Of a stretch of 64,000 nt of DNA, positions 29,488 through 38,951 are shown piece after piece. The DNA lies in assembly GCA_017511375.1 (NCBI GenBank), contig JAFWKJ010000002.1:12090-76089 (forward strand), in the 5' to 3' direction. Source of the stretch: Bacilli bacterium. GTDB lineage: Bacteria > Bacillota_I > Bacilli_A > RF39 > UBA660. The notes below the pieces were generated by a model. That model ran no database searches. It was given only the letters and a program-made list of their open reading frames with translations, and was not told the DNA's origin. The position numbers and the translations under genes are program-made. The first letter of the stretch is position 1. Each line of letters starts with the position of its first letter.

Positions 29488-29616
29488 TTATATTCCTTCT
29501 TTCTAATTTTATTTTTATTATTACTGTGGAAAAAGTGTATAACCTCTTTTTTTTCTTTTAAAATAACAATTATAATTAAAAATTACCTGTTGAAAAAACT
29601 GTAATTATTCAAAATT
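29488..29616. other. oriC part II: dnaA-dnaN spacer with tandem DnaA boxes and an AT-rich tract
   Basis: TGTGGAAAA at 29525-29533 (rc TTTTCCACA, 8/9) abuts AGTGTATAA at 29534-29542 (rc TTATACACT, 7/9). Both are flanked by nearly pure A/T sequence. Confidence 0.6.
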
Positions 29617-31002
29617 TTAAACAACCCCAATATCTTTTTTTAATTTTTCTATAATATTATATAAATCTTTATTATCTTTCATTTCTTTTTCAATCTTTTC
29701 AACCGAATGCATTACAGTAGAATGATCTTTTCCACCAAATTCAATTCCTATTTTAGGAAAAGACTCATTTGTCATATTTCTACATAAGTACATAGCAATT
29801 TGTCTTGGAAATGAAATATTAGAACTTCTTTTTTTACTTCTGATATCATCAACTGATATTTGGAAATGTTCTGATACTATCTTTTGAATTCGATAGATAT
29901 CATTTTTTTCTCCCATACCTTTACTATTAAAGTCTTTCAAAGCTTCTATTGCTAACTCTAAGGTAATTTCTTCTCCTCCCATAATGGTGGAGTAAGCAAC
30001 CAATCGAGTAATAGCACCTTCTAAATGTCTAACATCAGGACCAATATTAGAAGCAATATATTCAATCACATCATCCGGTATATCTTTTTCAAAATTATTC
30101 GCAATAATTTTCTTCTTTATAATATCACGTCTAAGATTATAATCAGGAGGAGAAATATTAACTCCTAAACCAAAACTAAATCGAGTTCTAAGTCTTTCCT
30201 CTAATTGTTTTAAATCATCAGGACTTCTATCAGAAGAAACAATAATTTGTTTACTATCATTATATAAGTTATTAAATGTATGAAAGAATTCTTGTTGTGA
30301 TTGTTGAGCACCACCTAAATATTGAATATCATCAATAATTAAAACATCAATATTTCTATATTTATTTTTAAAAAATTCAACGTAGTTAAAGTTAGTACCA
30401 TTTTCATCTTTTCTATTTGTTTTAACAAATTCATCTACAAATTGTTCTGAAGTAACATATAAGACCCTCTTATTAGAATGTTCTCCTATATAATTACCAA
30501 TAGCATGCATTAAATGAGTTTTCCCTACCCCACTATTTCCATATAAAAATAATGGATTATATATTTTCCCAGGATTTTCCGCAACAGATAAAGCTGCTGC
30601 CTGTGCAAATTTATTAGAATTTCCAACAATAAAGTTTTCAAAAGTATAATTTTTATTTAAGTTTGAATTTGCTTTGTAAGAAAAATCTTCCTGTTTTTCT
30701 TCAATTTTTTCTTCCACAATTTCAATTTTATTATTATTTTCTTCTTCTTCTTCAATATCTTCTTTTAAACAAAAAATAAGTTCATAATTAGAATTTGTAA
30801 TTTCATATAATAAAGAAGATATTAAATCTGAATATTGCCCCCCTAAATTTCTTTTATGGATAAGCATAGGTACGATTATAATTGCTTTACCATCTTGTAA
30901 TTTATATAATTCCGTTTCAGAAAACCAAGTATTAAAAGATAGTGTTGAAAGTTTATCTTTTAGTTTACTTAGCAATTTAGACCATACGATATCTACATTC
31001 AA
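29617..31002 (-). CDS. dnaA: Chromosomal replication initiator DnaA
   Basis: GNSGVGKTHL, LIIDDIQ, DVRHLEGA, and the C-terminal DNA-binding region PRQIAMYL...GGKDHSTV. I favour the TTG start at 31002 (GGGGAG 8 nt upstream) over the track start TTG 31020, which has no SD. Confidence 0.95.
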   Translation of the reverse strand: MNVDIVWSKLLSKLKDKLSTLSFNTWFSETELYKLQDGKAIIIVPMLIHKRNLGGQYSDLISSLLYEITNSNYELIFCLKEDIEEEEENNNKIEIVEEKIEEKQEDFSYKANSNLNKNYTFENFIVGNSNKFAQAAALSVAENPGKIYNPLFLYGNSGVGKTHLMHAIGNYIGEHSNKRVLYVTSEQFVDEFVKTNRKDENGTNFNYVEFFKNKYRNIDVLIIDDIQYLGGAQQSQQEFFHTFNNLYNDSKQIIVSSDRSPDDLKQLEERLRTRFSFGLGVNISPPDYNLRRDIIKKKIIANNFEKDIPDDVIEYIASNIGPDVRHLEGAITRLVAYSTIMGGEEITLELAIEALKDFNSKGMGEKNDIYRIQKIVSEHFQISVDDIRSKKRSSNISFPRQIAMYLCRNMTNESFPKIGIEFGGKDHSTVMHSVEKIEKEMKDNKDLYNIIEKLKKDIGVV

Positions 31003-31020
31003 ACTACCATCTCCCCACAA

Positions 31021-31250
31021 GATTCATTTATACGTATTATTCTACAAGATATTGTGAAAAAAATAAACCACTTTTTATAAAAAAAAATATGCACAACCAA
31101 ACCACATATTTATACACAAAAAAATAGTGGATAAAATAAACAAATTCGACATTTTTCCACATTTTCCACAAATTTTTATAAACAATGTGAAGAAAAGATT
31201 TCCACAAACCTGTGGAAAGTGTGGATAAATAGAAAAATAGAAAGTTTTAT
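31021..31250. other. oriC part I: DnaA-box cluster between dnaA and rpmH
   Basis: Boxes: 31110-31118 TTATACACA; 31126-31134 rc TTATCCACT; 31153-31161 and 31162-31170 TTTTCCACA (tandem); 31198-31206 ATTTCCACA; 31211-31219 rc CTTTCCACA; 31220-31228 rc TTATCCACA (perfect). Confidence 0.85.
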
Positions 31251-31280
31251 TTGACAAATAAAGGATTCTATTATTATAAT
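31251..31280 (+). promoter_or_regulatory. Sigma-A promoter of the rpmH-rnpA operon
   Basis: TTGACA at 31251-31256, 18-nt spacer, TATAAT at 31275-31280, about 30 nt upstream of rpmH. Confidence 0.7.
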
Positions 31281-31309
31281 AATGTAGATTTATGACTGGA
31301 GGTGGAAGA

Positions 31310-31432
31310 ATGAAAAGAACATATCAACCAAACAATCGTAAAAAATCAAAAAGACTAGGATTTTTTGCACGTAAAAAAACAAATGTATTAAATCGTCGTC
31401 GTCGTAAAGGTCGTAAAAGATTATGTAAATAA
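31310..31432 (+). CDS. rpmH: 50S ribosomal protein L34 (40 aa; missed by the ORF track)
   Basis: Own translation: MKRTYQPNNRKKSKRLGFFARKKTNVLNRRRRKGRKRLCK. SD is GGAGGTGGA. Classic position beside oriC and upstream of rnpA. Confidence 0.93.
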   Translation: MKRTYQPNNRKKSKRLGFFARKKTNVLNRRRRKGRKRLCK

Positions 31433-31480
31433 TTACCGCTGCATGAACAGTGGTTTTTTACTATAAGGGGTGATAAAATC

Positions 31481-31795
31481 ATGAGAAAACTATATATTGT
31501 AAGACATGCAAGAGATTTTGATAGAATCATGAAAGAAAATCATTGCGTTAAAAATACATGTTTTGTAGTTTATTATCAAGAAAACCAACTTCCTTATAAC
31601 CGTTATGGAATATCTGTTAGTAAAAAGTTAGGAAATGCTGTTTTTAGAAATAGTTATAAGAGAAAGATAAGATCAATCATTGATAATTATAAAAAAGACT
31701 ATATAAAAGGAAAAGATTATATTATAATATTAAGAAGAGGTGCTCTAGAGAAGGAGTATCAAGAACTAGAAAAACAACTAACTTGTTTACTATAA
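31481..31795 (+). CDS. rnpA: RNase P protein component
   Basis: GISVSKKLGNAVFRNSYKRKIR is the RnpA RNR-type basic motif. Lies downstream of rpmH. Confidence 0.9.
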   Translation: MRKLYIVRHARDFDRIMKENHCVKNTCFVVYYQENQLPYNRYGISVSKKLGNAVFRNSYKRKIRSIIDNYKKDYIKGKDYIIILRRGALEKEYQELEKQLTCLL

Positions 31796-31816
31796 GATAA
31801 TGAGAAAGGAAATACT

Positions 31817-32752
31817 ATGAAGAATAAGAAATTAAAAATATTGGTTATTATCATTCTATTATTACTAACAACAGGTTGTACTAAAACATTAGTAGGAACA
31901 GATAAGAAACCTGTTGAATATAAAAAGACAGGACAAAAACTAACAAAAAACATTCTTTGTCAGCCAGAAAACAAAGAAATTAGAAAATTATATGAAGATA
32001 ATAAAGTAAATATAGATAAATTACCTACATGTAAAAATTTTAAAATTACTTCTGGAGGATATGAAGGATTATGGACAAGTATCTTTGTGAAACCATTAGC
32101 CTATGTTTTAATCAAACTAGGAGGGTTGATTGGGGATTATGGAGTTTCTGTTATTATTATTAGTTTACTAATTAGATTGGCAGCTTATCCCATTACAAAG
32201 AAAACAGCTATGCAGTCAGAAATCATGAAAAAAGCTCAACCAGAATTAAATAGAATTCAAAAGAAATATGAAGGAAAACAAGATCAAGAATCCATGATGA
32301 AACAAAATCAAGAAATGATGGCTATTTATAAAAAATATAATATTAGTCCCGTATCAGGATGCTTGTTTGCTATGTTACAATTACCAATTTTTATTGCTTT
32401 CTTTGAAGCAGTACAAAGAACACCTGTTATTTTTGAAGATAATTTGTTAGGAATTGGATTACACTTAGGAACAACTCCATCTGTGGGAATTAGTTCTTCA
32501 ACATTCTATGTTTATATTATATTAATGTTATTGATTGCAGGAACAACCTTCTTTGCATTCAAAATGAATTCCACTGCTAATATGGAAGATCCAACAATGA
32601 AAATGATGCCAATTATGATGTCAGGAATGATTATTATAACTGCATTGTTTATGCCATCAGGCTTAGGAATCTACTGGGTAACATCTAATTTGTTCACCAT
32701 AGTTCAAAATAAATTAGTGAAAAGGAGTAAAGAATTAAATGGAAAAGCATAA
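31817..32752 (+). CDS. yidC: Membrane protein insertase YidC/SpoIIIJ (lipoprotein type)
   Basis: Lipobox LLTTGC, 5-TM 60-kDa-IMP core, basic C-terminus, synteny. Confidence 0.9.
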   Translation: MKNKKLKILVIIILLLLTTGCTKTLVGTDKKPVEYKKTGQKLTKNILCQPENKEIRKLYEDNKVNIDKLPTCKNFKITSGGYEGLWTSIFVKPLAYVLIKLGGLIGDYGVSVIIISLLIRLAAYPITKKTAMQSEIMKKAQPELNRIQKKYEGKQDQESMMKQNQEMMAIYKKYNISPVSGCLFAMLQLPIFIAFFEAVQRTPVIFEDNLLGIGLHLGTTPSVGISSSTFYVYIILMLLIAGTTFFAFKMNSTANMEDPTMKMMPIMMSGMIIITALFMPSGLGIYWVTSNLFTIVQNKLVKRSKELNGKA

Positions 32753-33356
32753 ATATACAGGAAAAACAAAAGAAGAAGCAATTCAAGCAGCAAAAGAAGA
32801 ATTACAAGAAGTAGAAGAAAACTTATTCATTAAAGAATTAGGGGAATCAAAAGGTGGTTTATTTAAGAGTAAAAAGGTAGAAATAGAAGTGGTTGAAAAA
32901 CGTGAAGTAGTAAAACACATTAAAGAGTATTTACTAAATATATTAAAAAACATGGGATTCAATGTTAATATTGAAGTAAAAAATAAAGAAGAAGTACCAA
33001 AATATGTTATTTTTTCAGATAATGATGCTTTACTAATTGGAAAAAATGGAAAGAACTTAAAAGCATTATCTATGATTGTAAGTCAACACTTAAATACAGA
33101 ATTAGGAAAGAATTATAAATTTACTTTAGATGTAAATGAATATAAAGAAAAACATGAGAAATCACTAGAGAGACTAGCAAAAAGAATAGCTAGAGAAGTT
33201 AAAACAACAAAGGTAGAAGCAAAATTAGATTCAATGAATTCTTATGAAAGAAGAATAATTCATAACACTTTAACAAACTACAAAGGAGTTTATACAGAAA
33301 GTGAAGGAGAAGAACCTAATCGTTATGTAGTAGTGAAACCAAAAGAAGAGGAATAA
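32739..33356 (+). CDS. jag: Jag/KhpB RNA-binding protein (Jag_N, KH, R3H)
   Basis: N-terminal YTGKTKEEAIQAAKEEL and C-terminal R3H motif (SYERRIIHNTL). Lies downstream of yidC. Confidence 0.88.
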   Translation: MEKHKYTGKTKEEAIQAAKEELQEVEENLFIKELGESKGGLFKSKKVEIEVVEKREVVKHIKEYLLNILKNMGFNVNIEVKNKEEVPKYVIFSDNDALLIGKNGKNLKALSMIVSQHLNTELGKNYKFTLDVNEYKEKHEKSLERLAKRIAREVKTTKVEAKLDSMNSYERRIIHNTLTNYKGVYTESEGEEPNRYVVVKPKEEE

Positions 33357-33392
33357 TCTTCTTTTTTTGCTATAATAATTTTAGGTGATTTT

Positions 33393-33776
33393 ATGAACAA
33401 AGAATATATGCATGCCTATTTAGATGGAATAATGAATATGGCATCCTCTCTATCAAAAAATATGGGACCATCCTACATATTAGTAGACTGTTATAATAAA
33501 GAAGAATTTGATAAGTATTTCAAAATAAAATACACTTCTACTACCCTATCCTTTGAAGAAAAATTAAAAGAATGGTTTATGAATGATCAAAAAACAATAG
33601 ATAGTATTCTCCATTGGACTCATAGATATATAAAAGAAATAAAAAAAATATATACAATTTCTGAGAAAGAACTAGAAAAATTGGAAAAGACTACCCTATT
33701 CTATACTGTGGAAGACATGTTTATATTAGAAACAAAGGATTATATGATTACTTATATACTAGGAAATAACGAATAA
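33393..33776 (+). CDS. Hypothetical protein (127 aa)
   Basis: ORF with its own terminator, inserted between jag and mnmE. No motif recognised. Confidence 0.55.
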   Translation: MNKEYMHAYLDGIMNMASSLSKNMGPSYILVDCYNKEEFDKYFKIKYTSTTLSFEEKLKEWFMNDQKTIDSILHWTHRYIKEIKKIYTISEKELEKLEKTTLFYTVEDMFILETKDYMITYILGNNE

Positions 33777-33801
33777 AGATATCATAGGATATCTTTTTTT
33801 T
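33776..33801 (+). terminator. Intrinsic terminator
   Basis: Stem AAGATATC / GATATCTT with loop ATAG, followed by T8. Confidence 0.8.
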
Positions 33802-33949
33802 ACAAAATTGACACCCTACTCCTTAAGAAAACAAACCAATATTTCTCCATAAATGATAAAATTAAGATAATATGGGATATTCCAAAGAAAAATATTCCTA
33901 TTAATATGGATATATGCTATAATAGGAAAGTCAAAAAAGGAGGGATACT

Positions 33950-35311
33950 ATGAATGATACAATTTGTGCTATCGCAACTTCACAAGGGGTGGGAGCCATC
34001 TCTATTATCAGAGTAAGTGGAACGGAAGCTTTTGAAATAGTAAACAAGTTTTTCAAAGAGAAAGATTTAACAGAAGTAGAATCACACACAATTCACTATG
34101 GTCATATAGTAGATCATGAAGAAGTAATAGATGAAGTTCTTGTATCAGTTATGAAATCTCCTCGTACCTTCACTACAGAAGATGTTGTAGAAATTAATAC
34201 CCATGGAGGAATAGCTCCAACCAATAGAGTATTAGAACTTTTATTAGAAAATGGATGTCGTCTTGCAGAACCAGGAGAATTCACAAAAAGAGCTTTTCTA
34301 AATGGAAGAATTGACCTTTTAGAGGCAGAAGCTGTTATGGATATGATTGATGCTAAAACAGAAACTCAAAGAAAAATGGCAGCCAACCAAATAGATGGTA
34401 AAACCTCAAATCTAATCAATGAATTAAGAGATGATATGGTACAAATAATTTCAAACATTAATGTGAATATAGATTATCCAGAATATGATGATGTTGAAAT
34501 TATTACAGATGATGTATTAATTCCAAAAATAAAGAAATTAAAAGAAAAAATACAAAAAGTATTAAAAGAATCAGAAAATGGAAAAATTATAAAAAATGGA
34601 ATTAAAACTGCTATTATAGGTAGGCCTAATGTTGGAAAAAGTTCCCTTCTAAACGCCTTATTACAAGAAGATAAAGCGATTGTAACAAATATTGCTGGAA
34701 CAACAAGAGATATTGTAGAAGGGCAAGTAATGATTAACGGAATTCTTCTTAATATGATAGATACCGCAGGAATAAGAAATACAGAAGATACAATAGAAGC
34801 AATAGGCGTTGAAAAAAGTATAAAAATGATGGAAGAAGCAGATCTTATCCTATTTATGCTTAATAATAATGAACCGCTTACAGAAGATGTAAAAGAATTA
34901 TTAGAACAAATAAAAAACAAAAAATACTTAATCTTAATTAATAAAATAGACTTAGATAACAAATTAGAAAGAGAAAACCTAAATATAGAAGAGGATAGAA
35001 TCATTGAATTAAGTATTATAGAAGATAAAGGAATCGATGAATTAAAAGAAAAAATAATAGAACTATTTAATATTAATGAAATAGAAACAAAAGATCCAAC
35101 GTATTTAAGTAATGCCAGAAGTATAAGTATCTTAAAAAGATGTTTAAAAAGTGTAGAAGATATAGAAAAATCTCTAAAAGATAATATGCCAATCGATATG
35201 ATTGAATTAGATATTAAAAACATATGGGAAGAACTAGGAACAATCAATGGGTCAACCTATGAAGAAGAATTATTAGATGAAATGTTCTCTAGATTCTGTT
35301 TAGGTAAATAA
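33950..35311 (+). CDS. mnmE: tRNA modification GTPase MnmE
   Basis: GRPNVGKSSLLN G1 motif, DTAG, NKID, and C-terminal FCLGK. Confidence 0.95.
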   Translation: MNDTICAIATSQGVGAISIIRVSGTEAFEIVNKFFKEKDLTEVESHTIHYGHIVDHEEVIDEVLVSVMKSPRTFTTEDVVEINTHGGIAPTNRVLELLLENGCRLAEPGEFTKRAFLNGRIDLLEAEAVMDMIDAKTETQRKMAANQIDGKTSNLINELRDDMVQIISNINVNIDYPEYDDVEIITDDVLIPKIKKLKEKIQKVLKESENGKIIKNGIKTAIIGRPNVGKSSLLNALLQEDKAIVTNIAGTTRDIVEGQVMINGILLNMIDTAGIRNTEDTIEAIGVEKSIKMMEEADLILFMLNNNEPLTEDVKELLEQIKNKKYLILINKIDLDNKLERENLNIEEDRIIELSIIEDKGIDELKEKIIELFNINEIETKDPTYLSNARSISILKRCLKSVEDIEKSLKDNMPIDMIELDIKNIWEELGTINGSTYEEELLDEMFSRFCLGK

Positions 35312-35421
35312 AAAAAGAAGTGCCCACTTCCAGAGTCCAATTCTCTGAGGGAATCACTTCTTCTGCCAATAATATACCACAAAATAATAAAAAATCCAAA
35401 TAAATGAAAGAAGGTGAGAAA

Positions 35422-37290
35422 ATGGTAGAAATAATAGTTGTTGGAGGAGGACATGCAGGATGTGAAGCAGCCTATGCATGTGCTAGAAAAGGACATAAAA
35501 CACTATTAATTACAAGTAATTTAAAAAATATTGCAGATATGCCATGTAATCCCCATATAGGAGGATCCGCAAAAGGCATCGTAGTGCGTGAAATAGATGC
35601 ACTAGGCGGAATTATGGGAAAAATTGCTGATAAAACACACCTTCAAATCAAAATGCTAAATAGTGCCAAAGGACCTGCGGTACAGTCTTTAAGAGCACAA
35701 GGGGATAAAGTAACTTATCCACAAGAAATGTTAAAAACATTAGAATCTTTAGAAAATCTAGAAATTAAAGAAGCAATGGTAGAAGATTTAATTGTTAAAA
35801 ATAACAAAGTAGAGGGAGTAATCCTTGATAATAATAAAAAAAATGAATCTAAAATAGTTATTTTAACAACAGGTACTTATTTAAAAGCAGACATTTTAGT
35901 AGGAAGTACAAGAACAAGACAAGGACCACACGGAGAAAAGCCATCCCTACATTTAAGTGATAAATTAAAAGAATATGGATTTAAAATCATACGATTAAAA
36001 ACAGGAACTCCTCAAAGAATAGATAAAAACACTATTGATTTTTCAAAAACAAGAGAAGAACCAGGAGATAACAAATACCTAACATTTAGTTTTGATTTAG
36101 AACCACAATATAAAATAGAAGATCAAGTTCCATGTCATTTAACTTATACAACAGAAGAAACCCATAGAATTATAAGAGAAAATCTAAATAAATCTTCCAT
36201 GTATGGAGCCTTAGATGATATAGAAGGAATTGGTCCAAGATATTGTCCATCTATTGAAGACAAAGTAGTAAGATTTAGCGATAAAGAAAGACATCAATTA
36301 TTTATTGAACCAGAAAGTAGATATTATGACGATATGTATCTACAAGGTTTTTCTACAAGTATGCCACCAGAAGTACAGGAATTAATGGTACACTCACTTC
36401 CTGGTTTTGAACATGCCAAAATATTAAAGTATGGTTATGCAATTGAGTATGATGCCATTTATCCTACACAATTAAAAGCATCCTTAGAAACAAAAGTATT
36501 AGAAAATTTATATACAGCAGGTCAAATCAATGGAACCAGTGGTTACGAAGAGGCAGCGTGCCAGGGATTAATGGCAGGAATCAATGCGTCTTTAAAACTA
36601 GAAGGAAAAGAACCATTAGTATTAAAGAGAAATGAAGCCTATATTGGTGTTCTTATAGATGACCTTATAACAAAAGGAATAAGAGATCCATATAGATTAC
36701 TAACAAGTAGAGCAGAATTTAGATTATTACTAAGAAGCGATAACGCAGATCAACGGTTAAGAAGACATGGTTATGAAGTTGGACTAATTGATGAAGAGCA
36801 AATAAATCGATTGAATCAAAAAGAAAAAGAAATCAATAGTTGTCTAGAATGGTGTATAGAACAAAAATTAAAAATAACAAAAGAAATAGCGGAAAAGTTT
36901 ATAGAAAGAAACTTCATAGTACCTAATGCAACCCTAACTTTTGAGCAATTATTAAGTAGACCAGAAATCAATATCGAATTTCTAGAACAATTTCAAGAAT
37001 TTCCATTTGATGATGAAATAAAAGAGCAAGTAGAAATCTTTCTAAAATATAGAGGATATATAGAAAAGTCCTATAAAGAAGCAGAAAAACTATTAAAACT
37101 AGAAAAAAAACAAATTCCCGAAGGAATAGATTATGACAAAATAAAAAATATAGCCAGTGAAGCAAGACAAAAATTAAAAGAAGTAAGACCAACAACCATA
37201 GCACAAGCTATAAGAATCAGTGGAGTAAATCCATCTGATATTTCTATTTTATCCGTGTACTTAAAAAAGGAGTATGGTAAAAATGAATGA
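35422..37290 (+). CDS. mnmG: tRNA uridine 5-carboxymethylaminomethyl modification enzyme MnmG
   Basis: VVGGGHAGCEA FAD-binding motif, about 620 aa. Start set at ATG 35422 after AAGGTGAG. Confidence 0.95.
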   Translation: MVEIIVVGGGHAGCEAAYACARKGHKTLLITSNLKNIADMPCNPHIGGSAKGIVVREIDALGGIMGKIADKTHLQIKMLNSAKGPAVQSLRAQGDKVTYPQEMLKTLESLENLEIKEAMVEDLIVKNNKVEGVILDNNKKNESKIVILTTGTYLKADILVGSTRTRQGPHGEKPSLHLSDKLKEYGFKIIRLKTGTPQRIDKNTIDFSKTREEPGDNKYLTFSFDLEPQYKIEDQVPCHLTYTTEETHRIIRENLNKSSMYGALDDIEGIGPRYCPSIEDKVVRFSDKERHQLFIEPESRYYDDMYLQGFSTSMPPEVQELMVHSLPGFEHAKILKYGYAIEYDAIYPTQLKASLETKVLENLYTAGQINGTSGYEEAACQGLMAGINASLKLEGKEPLVLKRNEAYIGVLIDDLITKGIRDPYRLLTSRAEFRLLLRSDNADQRLRRHGYEVGLIDEEQINRLNQKEKEINSCLEWCIEQKLKITKEIAEKFIERNFIVPNATLTFEQLLSRPEINIEFLEQFQEFPFDDEIKEQVEIFLKYRGYIEKSYKEAEKLLKLEKKQIPEGIDYDKIKNIASEARQKLKEVRPTTIAQAIRISGVNPSDISILSVYLKKEYGKNE

Positions 37291-37918
37291 AAAGGAATTT
37301 GTAGAAGCGTGTAAAAAAATTAATATTGAAATTACAAACGAACAGTTAAAACAACTAGATCAGTTCTATCATTTAATGATTGAGTGGAATGAAAGAATAA
37401 ATCTAACAAGAATTACAGAAGAACAGGATGTTTACCTAAAACATTATTATGATTCTCTCACATTAAATAAAGTAGTAGATTTAAAAGAGGTAAAAACATT
37501 ATGTGATGTAGGAACGGGAGCCGGATTTCCTGGGATAGTACTAAAAATAGTATTTCCTAACTTAAAAGTAACACTAATTGATTCTCTACAAAAAAGAGTA
37601 AATTATCTAAACGAAGTAATAAAAGAATTAGAATTAAAAGATATAGAAGCAATTCACGCAAGAGGAGAAGATTATAAGGGTCAATTTGATGTAGTAACTT
37701 CTCGAGCAGTGGCAAATATTGAAAAATTAGTAGGATATACAATGCACTTAGTATCAAAAGAAGGTGTTTTTGCTGCCATGAAAGGAAATATAGAGGAAGA
37801 ATTATCACCAATTGTAGAGAAGAAACTAAGTAGAAAGTACAAAATTATAAAAATAGAAAGATTTTCATTACCAATAGAAAATAGTACTAGAACAATCATA
37901 TTAATAAAAAATGTGTAA
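37283..37918 (+). CDS. rsmG: 16S rRNA (guanine527-N7)-methyltransferase
   Basis: DVGTGAGFPG SAM-binding motif. Lies downstream of mnmG. Start probably ATG 37283. Confidence 0.92.
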   Translation: MNEKEFVEACKKINIEITNEQLKQLDQFYHLMIEWNERINLTRITEEQDVYLKHYYDSLTLNKVVDLKEVKTLCDVGTGAGFPGIVLKIVFPNLKVTLIDSLQKRVNYLNEVIKELELKDIEAIHARGEDYKGQFDVVTSRAVANIEKLVGYTMHLVSKEGVFAAMKGNIEEELSPIVEKKLSRKYKIIKIERFSLPIENSTRTIILIKNV

Positions 37919-38011
37919 AATATATGTAAATAGAAATATTTTTTTCCCATTTCCGAGATTAAGAACTAATAAAATGTTAAAATAAGGGTATAAAAAGGAG
38001 AGGAAGGAAAA

Positions 38012-38800
38012 ATGGGAAAAGAAAAGAAAGAAAAAACAACAGACAAAAAAATAATTGCTAGTGAATCATCAATTATTAGAATTACAATACTTGTAAGTTT
38101 GTTAATTTGTACAGCAGCCCTTGGAGGGTATTTGGCAGGTTCTTCAAAAACAATAGATAAAATTGTATTCAACCATGAAACCGGAGAAAAGAACAAAAAC
38201 TTTTTCAAATCTTCAGAACAACCAAGTAACGAAATTGGAGAAACAAATCAAAACGCAATTAACCCACTAGATTTGACAAAGAGTTTAAATACAACAGGAA
38301 AAGCATATAGTAATGCCAAAGAAACACAAGAAGATATTGGATTAACAATTAAAGTTTCTGGAAATAGTGCCGTATTAATTACAGATCCTAAGTTTTGTAA
38401 TCTTGCTGCCATCGTATGTGGACCAGAGCCATATGAGACAGAAATCAGAAACTTCAATGGTAAGATTGCATCAGGATTTGTTGGAGAAGTTGGACAAAGT
38501 ATTCAAGGAACTAGATTATTCTATTTAATGGAAGATGGAACTGTTGAATATACAAGAGTATTTGCTAAAGCAGAAGACTCAAATGGTAACTTCTATTATG
38601 TAATGAATTATGCCCAAGAAACTGAAAACGGACAAGTAACTTCTACGTATTTCTCAAGCCAAGGAAAAGTTCCTGGAGTAAAAGATGTATATAAAATCTA
38701 TTTAGCTGATGTTTCTGTTGAAAACGGTGGTGGTTATAGAACTACAATCGCTGCAACAAAAGATGGAAGCTTCTATGATTTAGGAGAAATCGTAAAATAG
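38012..38800 (+). CDS. Hypothetical membrane-anchored extracytoplasmic protein (262 aa)
   Basis: Basic N-terminus, one TM segment (ITILVSLLICTAALGGYLAG), then a soluble domain with no recognisable motif. Strong SD AAAGGAGAGGAAGG and its own terminator. Confidence 0.7.
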   Translation: MGKEKKEKTTDKKIIASESSIIRITILVSLLICTAALGGYLAGSSKTIDKIVFNHETGEKNKNFFKSSEQPSNEIGETNQNAINPLDLTKSLNTTGKAYSNAKETQEDIGLTIKVSGNSAVLITDPKFCNLAAIVCGPEPYETEIRNFNGKIASGFVGEVGQSIQGTRLFYLMEDGTVEYTRVFAKAEDSNGNFYYVMNYAQETENGQVTSTYFSSQGKVPGVKDVYKIYLADVSVENGGGYRTTIAATKDGSFYDLGEIVK

Positions 38801-38815
38801 TTAGAATTAAAAGTG

Positions 38816-38845
38816 AACTATCAACTTTTGTTGATAGTTTTTTTG
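38816..38845 (+). terminator. Intrinsic terminator
   Basis: Stem AACTATCAAC / GTTGATAGTT with loop TTTT, followed by T7. Confidence 0.85.
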
Positions 38846-38878
38846 TGCAAAAATATCGAGTTTTATAGATAAAATTTA

Positions 38879-38907
38879 TTGAAAGAAACCTAAAAATACT
38901 ATATAAT
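38879..38907 (+). promoter_or_regulatory. Sigma-A promoter of the noc-like gene
   Basis: TTGAAA at 38879-38884, 17-nt spacer, TATAAT at 38902-38907. Confidence 0.7.
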
Positions 38908-38951
38908 GATAACATAGGGAAACTAAGAGAAGAATGAAATGAGGGATTGTC

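Noticed and set aside
31075-31257. A 60-aa minus-strand ORF within the dnaA-rpmH spacer.
   Set aside because: It lies entirely within the DnaA-box cluster of oriC, has no SD, and its composition is driven by the repeated TTTTCCACA boxes.
31324-31530. A 68-aa minus-strand ORF in the track.
   Set aside because: It lies antisense to the clearly recognisable rpmH (L34) gene and to the start of rnpA. It is a shadow ORF.
34474-35247. A 257-aa minus-strand ORF. The same applies to other long antisense ORFs: 2388-2741, 8526-8819, 9884-10090, 11940-12143, 14150-14709, 25689-26390, 35257-35496, 36968-37204, 37557-38208, 38248-38990, 42392-43627, 48952-49197, 49466-49714, 50196-50489, 52212-52661, 59275-59473 and 62297-62527.
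   Set aside because: All lie antisense to, or out of frame within, strongly supported conserved genes. They are Ser/Ile/Leu/Phe-rich products typical of shadow frames in AT-rich DNA, with no SD and no motif.
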